IMG/VR virus record: IMGVR_UViG_3300028592_000008 | Location: 8,428 to 72,427 of that record | From: a virus | Direction: 5' to 3' (one strand) | DNA length: 64,000 nucleotides | Part shown: positions 1-9,201 of the stretch, in pieces | Position numbering within the stretch: the stretch's first letter is position 1 | Layout: each line of letters begins with the position of its first letter | Made by a program: the position numbers and the translations under genes | Notes under the pieces: model-generated | The model's database searches: none | Told to the model about the DNA's origin: nothing | The model's input: the letters and a program-made list of their open reading frames with translations, nothing else

Positions 1-127
1 TGCGGGCGATCCGGCGGTTCATGGAAGGGCTGCCGATCCTCCCGGATTCGGGATTGACCGACCGGGGTGGGCAGGGGTAGATTTCCGCCGCTGATTTCTG
101 GAACGGGTTTGGACGCTTTGGGGAGAC

Positions 128-2011
128 ATGGGAATGGTCGAGATTCCGTCGTGGCTTTTCTGGTCAGTCTTTGTGTTGGCTTGGCTGCACGTGCTTGTTT
201 CGTTTTGGGTCCTGTGGCAGTGGCGCCGAGAGAAGTCCCGGGCCGATGCGTTCCGCCGAGTTGTTGAGAAGTATGAGGTTATTGTCGATCCAGGGGTCCC
301 GGTGGGGGCACCCGCGGGGCGGAGCGGGGCGAGCGAGCCGGAGTACATGACCGAGGCTTCGCGGCCTTCGGTGGCCGGGGAGGACGGGAAGAAGCTCGCG
401 GAGGACATGGTCGACCGTCAGCGGGAGCTCGATAAGTGCCGGGCGGAACTGACCAGCAAGGAGGAACTGCTCTCGGCTGAGATCGATCGGATCAGCGCGA
501 TCCGGCGGAACCTTGTCGCCGCGATGGAGGGCACCCGGGAGCAACTGAACTGGCTGGCCGGGCATCTCCGCCTGGAGCCACTGAAGATCGACGAGCCGAC
601 AGCGGACGCGGCGAAGCGGGTCGTGGCCGCGGCGGCTGAGAAGATTCGGGCGGCGACGCTGGAATCGCTCCCAGCGCCAGGCCCGGCGATCGTCGCCGTG
701 AAGGGGCTGGCTGAGACTGTTCTGGTCCGCCACGACGGCCGGGACGTGGCGTGCCTGAAGTGGAAGCCGCGACTCTGGGAGCCGCTCCCGGCCGAGTTCT
801 ACCACAAGGCCTCGGGGTCGGCCGGCTGGGCGATTCACAGGACCCAGCCGCAAGTCTCTGGGGAGTGGCTGAAGGTCTTCGGGGACGGGGAATTGGCCGT
901 TCCGCTCTCGGTGCAGGCACACAGCCCGGAACTTGCGGAGATCGCGAAACTGTCCTCCGTGGCCGACCCGCTGAAGGTCCGGGCGATCGAGATCGAGGAA
1001 GCCCTCAAGGCCGTGCGTGAGACCGCCGGGGTGTACCTCAAGGCTCACGACGTCGCGAAGATCGGGGCCGCCCGGAACCGCCTGCAGCGCCGGGTCGATG
1101 GGCAACTGAAGCAGATCCACAAGCTGCTGAAGTGCATCGAGCGGCTGAAGCAGGAGGTCATCTCCGCCGTAGCCCGGGAGGGGACGCAGGTCTCCAAGTT
1201 CAAGGCCGAGGCGGACGACTGGCGGGCGAAGTACGACGAGATGCAGGGGCGGATCGGGACCGAGCGGAACACCGCCCTCGGACAGCTAAACGCCGAGAAG
1301 GAGCGGCTTGAGAAATGCGGTAAGGAGGCGAAAGATCCAGTCAAGGAGGCCTACTTCGCCAGCATGGCTGATGCCTTCCTGCGGGCGTACCAGATCGTCA
1401 ACCGCTGCATCAAGCGGCGGGCCCCGGCGGGCGGATCGGCGGACGCTGGCCGGCGGGCGGCGACGGAGGTGGCCGTGGCCTGCGTGGAGGCGGCGATCGC
1501 GGCGGATGACGCTCCGCGGGAGATTGCTGTCAGAGGCGGATTGACAGCTTTTGCGAAGCCGTGGCACCCGAAGGCCGGAGACCTGCGTCCGGAGTTCTAT
1601 TTCTGGAGGGGGTCGAGGTCGGTGGACAATGCGTGGTGTACGCGAAGCATGCCGGTAAGCGAGGCGATCAACGAATGGGAGCTACAAGACCGGGAACACA
1701 TGGTCCCGTGCGACCATCCGCCGGCCGCGGAAATCGTTTCCCGGGAAACGCCGGCTCCTGGGACCGAGGAAAAAGCCTCTCCGGAGAAACCGAAGATCGA
1801 GCAGGGGGAGGTGTTCCGGGTCGGAACGGGGGAGTCCCTGGGGATCCACCAGTTCGTCCGGCTGAACCCCGGGGAGTGGCGTCCGGCGCCGCACATTGCG
1901 TGGTGTCCCGGGTGGGACCGCTTCTTCCGATTCGAGGTTCCCGGCTGGGTCCGGGAGGCGACGCCGTACCGTTTCTACCGCATTGCCACCGAGGAGGATC
2001 TGCTTCCATGA
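128..2011 (+). CDS. Membrane-anchored coiled-coil hypothetical protein
   Basis: 627-aa ORF; N-terminal TM segment (WLFWSVFVLAWLHVLVSFWVLW); coiled-coil stretches; ATGA overlap with next gene. Confidence 0.75.
   Translation: MGMVEIPSWLFWSVFVLAWLHVLVSFWVLWQWRREKSRADAFRRVVEKYEVIVDPGVPVGAPAGRSGASEPEYMTEASRPSVAGEDGKKLAEDMVDRQRELDKCRAELTSKEELLSAEIDRISAIRRNLVAAMEGTREQLNWLAGHLRLEPLKIDEPTADAAKRVVAAAAEKIRAATLESLPAPGPAIVAVKGLAETVLVRHDGRDVACLKWKPRLWEPLPAEFYHKASGSAGWAIHRTQPQVSGEWLKVFGDGELAVPLSVQAHSPELAEIAKLSSVADPLKVRAIEIEEALKAVRETAGVYLKAHDVAKIGAARNRLQRRVDGQLKQIHKLLKCIERLKQEVISAVAREGTQVSKFKAEADDWRAKYDEMQGRIGTERNTALGQLNAEKERLEKCGKEAKDPVKEAYFASMADAFLRAYQIVNRCIKRRAPAGGSADAGRRAATEVAVACVEAAIAADDAPREIAVRGGLTAFAKPWHPKAGDLRPEFYFWRGSRSVDNAWCTRSMPVSEAINEWELQDREHMVPCDHPPAAEIVSRETPAPGTEEKASPEKPKIEQGEVFRVGTGESLGIHQFVRLNPGEWRPAPHIAWCPGWDRFFRFEVPGWVREATPYRFYRIATEEDLLP
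1735..1750. repeat. 16-bp palindrome CGTTTCCCGGGAAACG, copy 1 (parS/NBS-like)
   Basis: Exact palindrome read from sequence; 10 exact copies found in window. Confidence 0.95.
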
Positions 2012-2406
2012 ACGTCAACCGCGAAATCCTGTTCTTTGGTGGCCCGGCGCACGGGATGGTCCAGACGATGCCAGACAGTGCCTTGAGCATTCCGTGCATT
2101 ATCCAGCAGCGGGACGACGTGGACATCTGCCGGGCGTTCTCGCCGGCTTGGATCGACGTCCCGATGAACTGGCTGCAGCGGCTTGCCGCGACGCTCTTCT
2201 TGATCCCGCGGCGTGTCCTGAAACCATCCGAGCACTTCAAGCCGCGGGAGGTCAGATACCGTGCCGTGGGGCTATACCGCCATCCTGAGACCTGGGCGGT
2301 GATGACCGTCGACGGGAAGCCCCTGGAGGGGCAGGATCTCGCCGACGCAGCCTACTACATCGACTCCCGGAGGCTGCAGCCGGTCGAGCGGTATCCGATA
2401 CGCTGA
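2008..2406 (+). CDS. Hypothetical protein
   Basis: ATG at 2008 with GAGGAGG upstream, overlapping previous stop; FFGGPAHG motif common in small phage proteins. Confidence 0.7.
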   Translation: MNVNREILFFGGPAHGMVQTMPDSALSIPCIIQQRDDVDICRAFSPAWIDVPMNWLQRLAATLFLIPRRVLKPSEHFKPREVRYRAVGLYRHPETWAVMTVDGKPLEGQDLADAAYYIDSRRLQPVERYPIR

Positions 2407-2417
2407 TTCGTGGTCAA

Positions 2418-2491
2418 TGGGGCGTAGCTCAATCGGTAGAGCGATCGAGGTGCATGCCTGAGAGATGCCGGTTCGAGTCCGGCCGCCCCTA
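2418..2491 (+). tRNA. Atypical tRNA or pseudo-tRNA (anticodon ambiguous, possibly CAT)
   Basis: Acceptor GGGGCG/CGCCCC, D arm GCTC-AATCGGTA-GAGC, T arm GCCGG-TTCGAGT-CCGGC; irregular anticodon arm; no CCA. Confidence 0.75.
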
Positions 2492-2528
2492 CTCCCGGAA
2501 TTCCCGGGCAAATTGAAAGGACACTGCA

Positions 2529-2720
2529 ATGCTGGTTCTGAGCCGCAAAGAGGGTGAGTCGATCATCATTGGGGATGGGATCGAGGTGAAGGTCGTCGAC
2601 ATCGACGGCAACAAGGTGCGGATCGGCATCGAGGCGCCGCGGAACGTATCGGTTCACCGCAAGGAGGTTTACGACGCGATGAAGCGTGAAGCGAAGGAAG
2701 GAGGCAGCCGTGGGGCTTGA
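2529..2720 (+). CDS. csrA: Carbon storage regulator CsrA/RsmA
   Basis: [23 protein letters not shown]...[19 protein letters not shown] is the CsrA signature. Confidence 0.97.
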   Translation: MLVLSRKEGESIIIGDGIEVKVVDIDGNKVRIGIEAPRNVSVHRKEVYDAMKREAKEGGSRGA

Positions 2721-3600
2721 AACTGGGATTAGCTGGACCGACTACACATGGAACCCATGGCAGGGCTGCACGAAGATCAGTCCGGCGTGCGCGAATTGCT
2801 ATATGTTCCCGGGGATGTGGCGATGGGGCAAGGACCCGACAGTTGTCCGCCGCTCGTCTCCACAGACTTTCAATCTGCCGCTCAAGCGGAAGTCGGCGAA
2901 GAACGGCGGCGGATACGCGATGGAGCCGGGCAAGTGGGTGTTCACCTGCTCGTGGTCCGACTGGTTCCACAAGGACGCGGACCCTTGGAGGGACGAAGCC
3001 TGGGCAATCGTGAGGGCTCGCCCGGACCTGAACTTCCAGATCGTCACGAAGCGGACGGAGCGGATCAAGGACTGTCTGCCATCCGATTGGGGCGACGGAT
3101 ACCGGAACGTCATCCTGATCGCGACTGTCGAGAATCAGGAGTTCCTCGAAAAGCGGGTTCCGGACCTGTTCTCCGTCCCGGCGTGGCGTCGCGGGTTGTC
3201 GTGCGAGCCGCTGCTGGGGCCGCTCGATTTCCACCGCAGGTGCTTTGCCGACAACTGCCAGGGAGAGTGCGGATGGCCTTCTCCGTTCGATCTCCTTGGA
3301 GACAACAAAAACGGATCCGGCGCACTGATCGACTGGATCATCACCGGCGGGGAATCCGGAACAGGGGCGCGGCCATCGAATCCTCAGTGGTTCCGGGACG
3401 TCCGGGATCAGTGCTTCTTGGCGGGAGTTCCGTTCCACCACAAGCAAAACGGCGAGTGGGTGTCTGTCAGTGAGGTCGAGGGACCCGGGGAGCACTTCGC
3501 CTTCTCGGATCACAGGGTTGTGCGGCGGGTAGGTGTCGCCGCGGCTGGGAGAACGATCGACGGAAAGGTCTATGATGCCTTCCCGTCCATGGGAGCATAG
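2710..3600 (+). CDS. DUF5131 / phage Gp37Gp68 family protein (radical-SAM-like)
   Basis: [49 protein letters not shown] motifs. Confidence 0.92.
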   Translation: MGLETGISWTDYTWNPWQGCTKISPACANCYMFPGMWRWGKDPTVVRRSSPQTFNLPLKRKSAKNGGGYAMEPGKWVFTCSWSDWFHKDADPWRDEAWAIVRARPDLNFQIVTKRTERIKDCLPSDWGDGYRNVILIATVENQEFLEKRVPDLFSVPAWRRGLSCEPLLGPLDFHRRCFADNCQGECGWPSPFDLLGDNKNGSGALIDWIITGGESGTGARPSNPQWFRDVRDQCFLAGVPFHHKQNGEWVSVSEVEGPGEHFAFSDHRVVRRVGVAAAGRTIDGKVYDAFPSMGA

Positions 3601-3604
3601 GGAA

Positions 3605-4132
3605 ATGCGTCGTTTAAGCTGCGCGATTCTCCCGGACCTGTCGCGGGTCCGGGAGGTGACGGTGTTCTACAGGATGCGTTGGCGTTTCGTGCGGCCGGGG
3701 GACGAAGTCCTGCTGGTCGACCGGATCGCCAATCGATCGGGAGGCGAGGCGAAAGGCCTGTCGGTAGTCCGGGTCGTTTCGATCCGCGAGACCCGGCTTA
3801 TCGAGATGACGGCGGCGGCTGACGGCGGCCGGGCGGAGACGGACAGGTGCGGCTTTTGGGGGAAGACCCCGCAGGAGTTCGTGGACGCGATGTGTGACGC
3901 GCACAAGACCGATCCGTGGTACATGATCTCCCGGATCGAGGTGGAGCACGCGGAGCCGCTTCCGGAGCCGAACTTCCGCGGGTATCTCCCGATGGACGTT
4001 CACCCCGCCCCGGAAGGTCGCGTCGCCAAGGCGATGCGAAACGGGATCGCCGCCATGACGAAGTCTCCCAACGAGGATGACATCGAACGCTGGGATGACG
4101 ACGGCGGCCCGGCAGTGGAGACCGAGCAGTGA
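3605..4132 (+). CDS. ASCH/PUA-like domain protein
   Basis: RWRFVRPGDEV...VVRVVSIRETRL...GFWGKTPQEFVDAMC...ISRIEVE resembles phage ASCH families. Confidence 0.6.
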   Translation: MRRLSCAILPDLSRVREVTVFYRMRWRFVRPGDEVLLVDRIANRSGGEAKGLSVVRVVSIRETRLIEMTAAADGGRAETDRCGFWGKTPQEFVDAMCDAHKTDPWYMISRIEVEHAEPLPEPNFRGYLPMDVHPAPEGRVAKAMRNGIAAMTKSPNEDDIERWDDDGGPAVETEQ

Positions 4133-4632
4133 TCTTGCTGGCAATCGACCCCGGGAGCGCGGAGACCGCCTGGGTCAAAATCGAGCGTGAGACCGGGCGG
4201 ATCTGCGGGAAGGAGATCGTCGAAAACGACGCCTTCCGGCTGCAGCTCTGGCGGCGCGAAATCGACGGGTACGACCGGATCGCGCTCGAGTATTTCCAGC
4301 CGCGCGGGATGCCGACCGCTGCGGAGGAGATGGACACGATCTTCTGGTCCGGCCGCTTCATCGAGGCGGCGGGCCGGGACTGGGACAAGGTGTTCCGGAT
4401 GCAGGAGAAAATCTCCATCTGCGGGCACGGCTCGGCGACGGACTCCAACATCTCCACGGCGCTCCGGGATATGTACGGGGGGCAGAAGGAGGCCAAGGGG
4501 CTCAAGGCGAGCCCGGGGCCGCTGTACGGGTTCAAGGACGACCTGTGGGCGGCCCTGGCAATCGGAGTGACGTGGTTTCGTCGGAACGGGAGCCCGGAGT
4601 GGGTTCCGAACCTCGAGGAGATTCGGAAGTGA
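4129..4632 (+). CDS. RuvC-like Holliday junction resolvase
   Basis: LAIDPG, IALE and C-terminal DLWAALAI catalytic pattern. Confidence 0.8.
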   Translation: MILLAIDPGSAETAWVKIERETGRICGKEIVENDAFRLQLWRREIDGYDRIALEYFQPRGMPTAAEEMDTIFWSGRFIEAAGRDWDKVFRMQEKISICGHGSATDSNISTALRDMYGGQKEAKGLKASPGPLYGFKDDLWAALAIGVTWFRRNGSPEWVPNLEEIRK

Positions 4633-5048
4633 ACTACACGTTGGACGCTCTGGACAGCCAGGCAATCACGATGATCTCGCGCGGCGTCGGGACCCTCCGG
4701 ATTTCGGAGGCTGCGAAGCGGAAGATCATGGCGGCTTGGAAACCGCCGGATCACATGCGGCATCCGCTTATCTCATTCGAGGGGCTGCTCGGCCTGGGGA
4801 TCGACGTCACGGTGGACCCGTCGATGCCGATCTTCGTGAAGTCGAACCGCCTGCGTTCCCGGGACCGCTTCACGCTCTTCGAGGCCGCGGACGCCGATTG
4901 GGCGGTGGCGGCCGGGCTCGCGGAGTGGGAGCTGGACGAGGTCCATGCCGTCTGGTTCGACGAGCTGCGTCTTCAGTTCTACCGCTCGCACTACAACTTC
5001 GGGGTGAAGTTGATGGAGCCGCGGGGATTCATCCGGGGGCTCGCGTAG
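4629..5048 (+). CDS. Hypothetical protein
   Basis: GTGA-coupled ORF with typical codon usage. Confidence 0.6.
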   Translation: MNYTLDALDSQAITMISRGVGTLRISEAAKRKIMAAWKPPDHMRHPLISFEGLLGLGIDVTVDPSMPIFVKSNRLRSRDRFTLFEAADADWAVAAGLAEWELDEVHAVWFDELRLQFYRSHYNFGVKLMEPRGFIRGLA

Positions 5049-5049
5049 C

Positions 5050-5268
5050 GTGAAGCAGTTTCAGATCAGCGAGGAAGACCTGCAGTCCCTCGAGCACATT
5101 CTCCCGGCCGTGCTGTGGAAGCTGACCTGCAGGCCAGATGCGGACCCGCAGGATCGCGTCCACTTCCGTCAGGTCCGGGGCATCCTGACAAACGTGCGAT
5201 GGGGATACTGGCCCCCGGAGAACGTAGAGATCATTCCGCCAGGGGAGACTGACCATGCTGCTGAGTGA
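5050..5268 (+). CDS. Hypothetical protein
   Basis: 72-aa ORF tightly packed in operon. Confidence 0.6.
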   Translation: MKQFQISEEDLQSLEHILPAVLWKLTCRPDADPQDRVHFRQVRGILTNVRWGYWPPENVEIIPPGETDHAAE

Positions 5269-6001
5269 GTTTCAGGCGTTGCCATTTCAGGACGCCGCAC
5301 TGAATTGTGGGCAGAAGATCCAGATCATCCGCGGGGGCAATCGGTCCTCGAAGAGCCTGGTCGCTGCCGTGAAGGTGGCCGCCGCGCTGACCGGGGAGAC
5401 GGTGAAGCTGTCCAACGGGGCGGGCGTGGCGTACACCCCGGCGAAGCGGGTCTACTGCGCCGGGAAGGACTTCGAGCACGTCTCGGAGAAAATGGCGGCG
5501 CCGCTGTTCGGGTCGGCCATCGGAATCGGGGAGGCCCCGGGACTGATCGCCGCCGACAAGATCGAGATGGTTTCGTGGTTCAACAAGACGCTTGGCTGGC
5601 CGGCGATGGTCCGGCTGAAGAGCGGTGCCGAGGTTGTTTTCGGACAGGGATTCAGCAATCACGGGTTCCGCTTCGCGATCATCTGGGCAGACGAGAAGGT
5701 GCTCAGCGACGGGCGGCTCCTGTCGATGGTTGCGCAGGCCGACGTCTTCATCTGGTCGACCTGGCCGGACTCGACGAACGACGAGCTCCGGAGGCTGTGC
5801 AAGCTGGCGGCGGAGACCGGCGCGGAGTTCGTCTTCCGGATGCAGGACAACACCACGATCTCCGAAGAGAAGCGGGCGTCGATCCTGGAGACGTGGGGAG
5901 CATTGGGGTCGCAGCATTTGCAGGCCCGGAACCTCGGCGAATTCCCGGCCGATCCGCCGGCCGAAGAGAAAGCTCTTGACACGGAGAAGCCGGCCCCCTA
6001 G
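5255..6001 (+). CDS. Terminase large subunit ATPase-domain paralog (no nuclease domain)
   Basis: IIRGGNRSSKS, IWADEKV, WSTWPDSTN, LETWGALGSQHLQARNLGEF align by eye with TerL at 15596. Confidence 0.85.
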   Translation: MLLSEFQALPFQDAALNCGQKIQIIRGGNRSSKSLVAAVKVAAALTGETVKLSNGAGVAYTPAKRVYCAGKDFEHVSEKMAAPLFGSAIGIGEAPGLIAADKIEMVSWFNKTLGWPAMVRLKSGAEVVFGQGFSNHGFRFAIIWADEKVLSDGRLLSMVAQADVFIWSTWPDSTNDELRRLCKLAAETGAEFVFRMQDNTTISEEKRASILETWGALGSQHLQARNLGEFPADPPAEEKALDTEKPAP

Positions 6002-6004
6002 TGT
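5976..6004 (+). promoter_or_regulatory. Sigma70-like promoter
   Basis: TTGACA-17 nt-TAGTGT. Confidence 0.65.
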
Positions 6005-6080
6005 TCCGCCGGTGACGCCTTCCTGTCCTCAACCGGGAAGTCGAAAATTTGATTTTGCATTTCGTAGGCTTCGGCCTGCG

Positions 6081-6540
6081 GAAATAAGCCCGTGTGGTTA
6101 GGCGAGTTGAGGCGCCTTCCACGCGGGCTATTTTCGTGGACTGAGGCGAATGAACGAGCCAAAGCTCTCATAGCGCCCATTTGCAGTTCTGGTTAAGCAC
6201 GAACCCCTGGGTGCGACCGGAGCCAAGCATATGGGCACCTTAACGCCCAAGGTATGTCGGGGACGTGAACGCCGGGAAAGGGTTATTTGCTGCCCGTGTC
6301 GATTGCAGGCGAAGGTCGCCGCGAAGCACGGGGTAAGGCGTAATTCCCCGGAGACATGATGTGGCGATGGTAGCCTAAACCTCGCTGGGCAATATCACCT
6401 TCCACCTTGTGTGGACACCGCATTAAGCGGAGCAACCGTCGTGAGGAATCAGGCTGAGTTCGCAGCGACGTTAAACAAATGCGGGGAGTAGCCCCACAAG
6501 CCATCACGCGCCGGGACCAAACCCTTAGCGCTCAAGCCGG
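6081..6540 (+). ncRNA. Candidate large structured non-coding RNA
   Basis: ORF-poor, lower-GC gap downstream of a promoter; many nested helices found by hand (see findings). Confidence 0.6.
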
Positions 6541-6597
6541 GACCGATGGACGCTGTTCTTTTGTTGGACGAACACTGGACTCTTTGAGGATTATGAC

Positions 6598-7029
6598 ATG
6601 CCACGTTACGAGCTTATCAATCCGAGCGACTACTACACCTTCGAAGCCCGGGACATCCTGATCGCCGGCGCGGTGACGATGTTCCTGAGTTCCAACTTCG
6701 GGGCGGTGCAGATCCACCCGGAGGGGGACGAGCGGACGCCGATGCTGTTCGGCTGGGAGGAGTGGTTCAAGTCGAAGGGGGTCGACCTGCATGATCCGAA
6801 GTGGACCCGGGAGAACCTGCAGGCGATCGCGGAGGCTTTCGAGTCGTTCGTCATCGGGGACCGGGCGGAGTACATGGCTGGGCTCGAGGCGACCCTGGAG
6901 GCAGACCGGCCGGCGTTCATCGAGAAGTGGAACAACGAGAAGCGGAGCAGCGTGAACGACATCGGGAAGGCCGCGCGGAGCTACGCGACTCAGTGTCGGA
7001 AGATGCTTGAGGCTGTGGCCGCGGGCTGA
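6598..7029 (+). CDS. Hypothetical protein
   Basis: 143-aa ORF, GAGGA RBS, YELINPSDYYTF N-terminus. Confidence 0.75.
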   Translation: MPRYELINPSDYYTFEARDILIAGAVTMFLSSNFGAVQIHPEGDERTPMLFGWEEWFKSKGVDLHDPKWTRENLQAIAEAFESFVIGDRAEYMAGLEATLEADRPAFIEKWNNEKRSSVNDIGKAARSYATQCRKMLEAVAAG

Positions 7030-7064
7030 GTCGCCCGGGATCGAACACTGGACGCTGGGAGTCG

Positions 7065-7373
7065 ATGATGGTGACGCCGATCGGCCCGGATGACGTGGTG
7101 GCAAACCGCGGGGTGACGACGATCCCGCAGGCGGTGATCCTCGCCTTCAACCGTCTGATCGAGGGGCGGTGGGACGGGGTGCAGGCCCGGTTCACGCGGT
7201 CGGATGCGGTCGGAGCGATCTGGGCGGCGACGGGTCTGTGCGAGCAGGAGATGTTGCACGCCCGGCATCTGGACATTGAGCCGCTGTACCGGGACGCTGG
7301 GTGGAAGGTGACGTACGAGGCCCCGGAGATCGGGGAGACGTGGGAAGCCCATTACGTTTTCGAGGTGCGGTGA
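7065..7373 (+). CDS. Hypothetical protein
   Basis: 102-aa ORF; LDIEPLYRDAGWKVTY motif typical of a small phage family. Confidence 0.75.
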   Translation: MMVTPIGPDDVVANRGVTTIPQAVILAFNRLIEGRWDGVQARFTRSDAVGAIWAATGLCEQEMLHARHLDIEPLYRDAGWKVTYEAPEIGETWEAHYVFEVR

Positions 7374-7783
7374 TGGACCCGGTGTCTTTTCAGATCGCTC
7401 TGCTGTTCGTCGTCCTGGGCGTCTGCGCGGCCGCGGTGTTGCGGAAGATGCAGGAGACCAGGGAGTTCGAGTTGCGGATGTTTCAGATCGCCGAGCGGTG
7501 GGACAATCGCTGCGACTATCGATGGCAGGACCGGGTCGAGATTGACCCTGTGAAGGCCGAGGAGGCGCACGACAAAATCGTCCGAGATCACAAGGCGTAT
7601 TTCATCGAACTCGAGTGGCGCCGTCTCGGCGCGGGAGGATCCAGTGGTGGCGAGAAACCAGAAGACTCAGCCGGACCCGGTGGCGGCGATGATCGGGCCG
7701 ATGCGTCGGGCGGCCCTGGCGGGGACGTATGCCGGGAAGGTGCCGACTCCGTACTTCATGTCGTGCCGCCGGGTGATTCCTGA
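7373..7783 (+). CDS. Hypothetical membrane protein
   Basis: TGATG coupling; N-terminal TM segment. Confidence 0.6.
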   Translation: MDPVSFQIALLFVVLGVCAAAVLRKMQETREFELRMFQIAERWDNRCDYRWQDRVEIDPVKAEEAHDKIVRDHKAYFIELEWRRLGAGGSSGGEKPEDSAGPGGGDDRADASGGPGGDVCREGADSVLHVVPPGDS

Positions 7784-8207
7784 GCTCGGGGTGAGCGTCT
7801 GCTTCACCCGGGACGTCGGGTATCACACGAGCGGCTGGTGGAAGAACCCGGACTACGAACGCTGCTTCCACCTGAGCCTCGCGTTCTACCATCCGTACTC
7901 GAACAACGAGCCACGGCCGCGGGACTACGCGATCACCGATCGGTTCATCCGCGGGTTGTACGGGGACGCCCGGCGGATGATCTGGTGCGAGCCTCCGTAC
8001 TCTGAGAAGGGGAAGCGGGAGGACATCTGGCACTACCGGCTGTTCTGCGACGAGGGGTGGCAGCCGATCAAGCCTCGCGGCGAGGTGTACGAGAAGGAGC
8101 TGACGGAGGCCGGCTGGAAGTCCTACAGCGACGTGCAGGCGGACGCACTGAAGAAGTCGCTCGCCGAACTGAACGGCTACATGCAGGGAGGCCGCGGCCG
8201 ACCATGA
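7644..8207 (+). CDS. Hypothetical protein
   Basis: 187-aa ORF, FTRDVGYHTSGWWKNPDYERCFHLSL. Confidence 0.75.
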   Translation: MVARNQKTQPDPVAAMIGPMRRAALAGTYAGKVPTPYFMSCRRVIPELGVSVCFTRDVGYHTSGWWKNPDYERCFHLSLAFYHPYSNNEPRPRDYAITDRFIRGLYGDARRMIWCEPPYSEKGKREDIWHYRLFCDEGWQPIKPRGEVYEKELTEAGWKSYSDVQADALKKSLAELNGYMQGGRGRP

Positions 8208-8479
8208 TCGAGGAAGGGGAAGTCCAGCCCGGCGTCCTGCGTCGCTGCGAAGCGTGCGGTCACCGGGACGACTACCCGGCCTACGCGGATCGGTGCATCG
8301 CCTGCAGCCATCGGTTCGGGGAAGCGATCTCCCGGGTCCCGGCGAAGGAATTCATGATCCTCTGGCACTGCGGGCCCTGCGATAAGTTTCACGAGTCCGA
8401 CTACCGTTTCGACGCCCGGTGTTCGTGCGGGAAGACGGGGATCATTGGGCGGGCGGAGCTGCCCGGGAGAGAGCCTTGA
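8204..8479 (+). CDS. Small Zn-ribbon protein
   Basis: CEAC, CIAC, CGPC, CSCG motifs; ATGA coupling. Confidence 0.6.
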   Translation: MIEEGEVQPGVLRRCEACGHRDDYPAYADRCIACSHRFGEAISRVPAKEFMILWHCGPCDKFHESDYRFDARCSCGKTGIIGRAELPGREP

Positions 8480-8856
8480 GTCTTTGCCCAGCGTTTGTTC
8501 GCGCCGAGGACGGCAATCTGTACCGGAACCCGACGATCCGCGGGGAGGACTGGTACGTCTGCTTCGATGATGACGATCCGCCGGAGTTGGTCGTCTTCGC
8601 GCCGACGTTCGAGCGAGCGTGGCGGAGGATGTGGACGCTGAAGAGGCAGCACGGATTCATCGGGTCGTTTCAGGAGTACTGGCACCCGGTCAGATATTCC
8701 TGGAGAAACGGCTGCCCGAAGAATCTGTCCGCATGGAGCCGGTTCTTCGGGTTGGCGGCGCCAATCCCTGTTCCTACTGACAGGGGCCCGGTGACAAACC
8801 TGAAGCGGGAGTACGTCCTGTACGATCCTGTGGCCGCTGGCCGAGAGGTGTGGTGA
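8476..8856 (+). CDS. Hypothetical protein
   Basis: TTGA-coupled ORF. Confidence 0.5.
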   Translation: MSLCPAFVRAEDGNLYRNPTIRGEDWYVCFDDDDPPELVVFAPTFERAWRRMWTLKRQHGFIGSFQEYWHPVRYSWRNGCPKNLSAWSRFFGLAAPIPVPTDRGPVTNLKREYVLYDPVAAGREVW

Positions 8857-9194
8857 TGAAGTACCTCGAGTCGATGCGAGCCGGCGACCCCGCGCGGTCC
8901 AAGGCGATGAAGAAGGCCAGGGCACGGTACGGTCGCATGCTCTGGAACGAGATGGCGAGGATGCGAACGGAGGAGGAGCGGAACGCTCTGATCCGGCGGT
9001 GTGGCGAGAAGGCGTGTGAGCGTGGTCTCTACGCCAAGACGTACGGGTGGAAGCTGGCCGGGTGCGCGCTGGTCAGGTGGGCAGTGACCAGGATGTCCAG
9101 CCTTGAGAGCTATCACGAATGGAAGAACCGGGTCGGATTCATTCCTTACGCGGGCGGGTTCACCCGGCTGCGGCTGATGAGGGATGCCGGATAG
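8856..9194 (+). CDS. Hypothetical basic protein
   Basis: TGATG coupling, GAGGT RBS. Confidence 0.6.
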   Translation: MKYLESMRAGDPARSKAMKKARARYGRMLWNEMARMRTEEERNALIRRCGEKACERGLYAKTYGWKLAGCALVRWAVTRMSSLESYHEWKNRVGFIPYAGGFTRLRLMRDAG

Positions 9195-9201
9195 AGATCA
9201 T

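Noticed and set aside
6010-6560. tmRNA, RNase P, group I/II intron or retron identity for the structured region
   Set aside because: Diagnostic motifs not found by eye, no interrupted gene and no RT; cmscan is still needed to exclude formally
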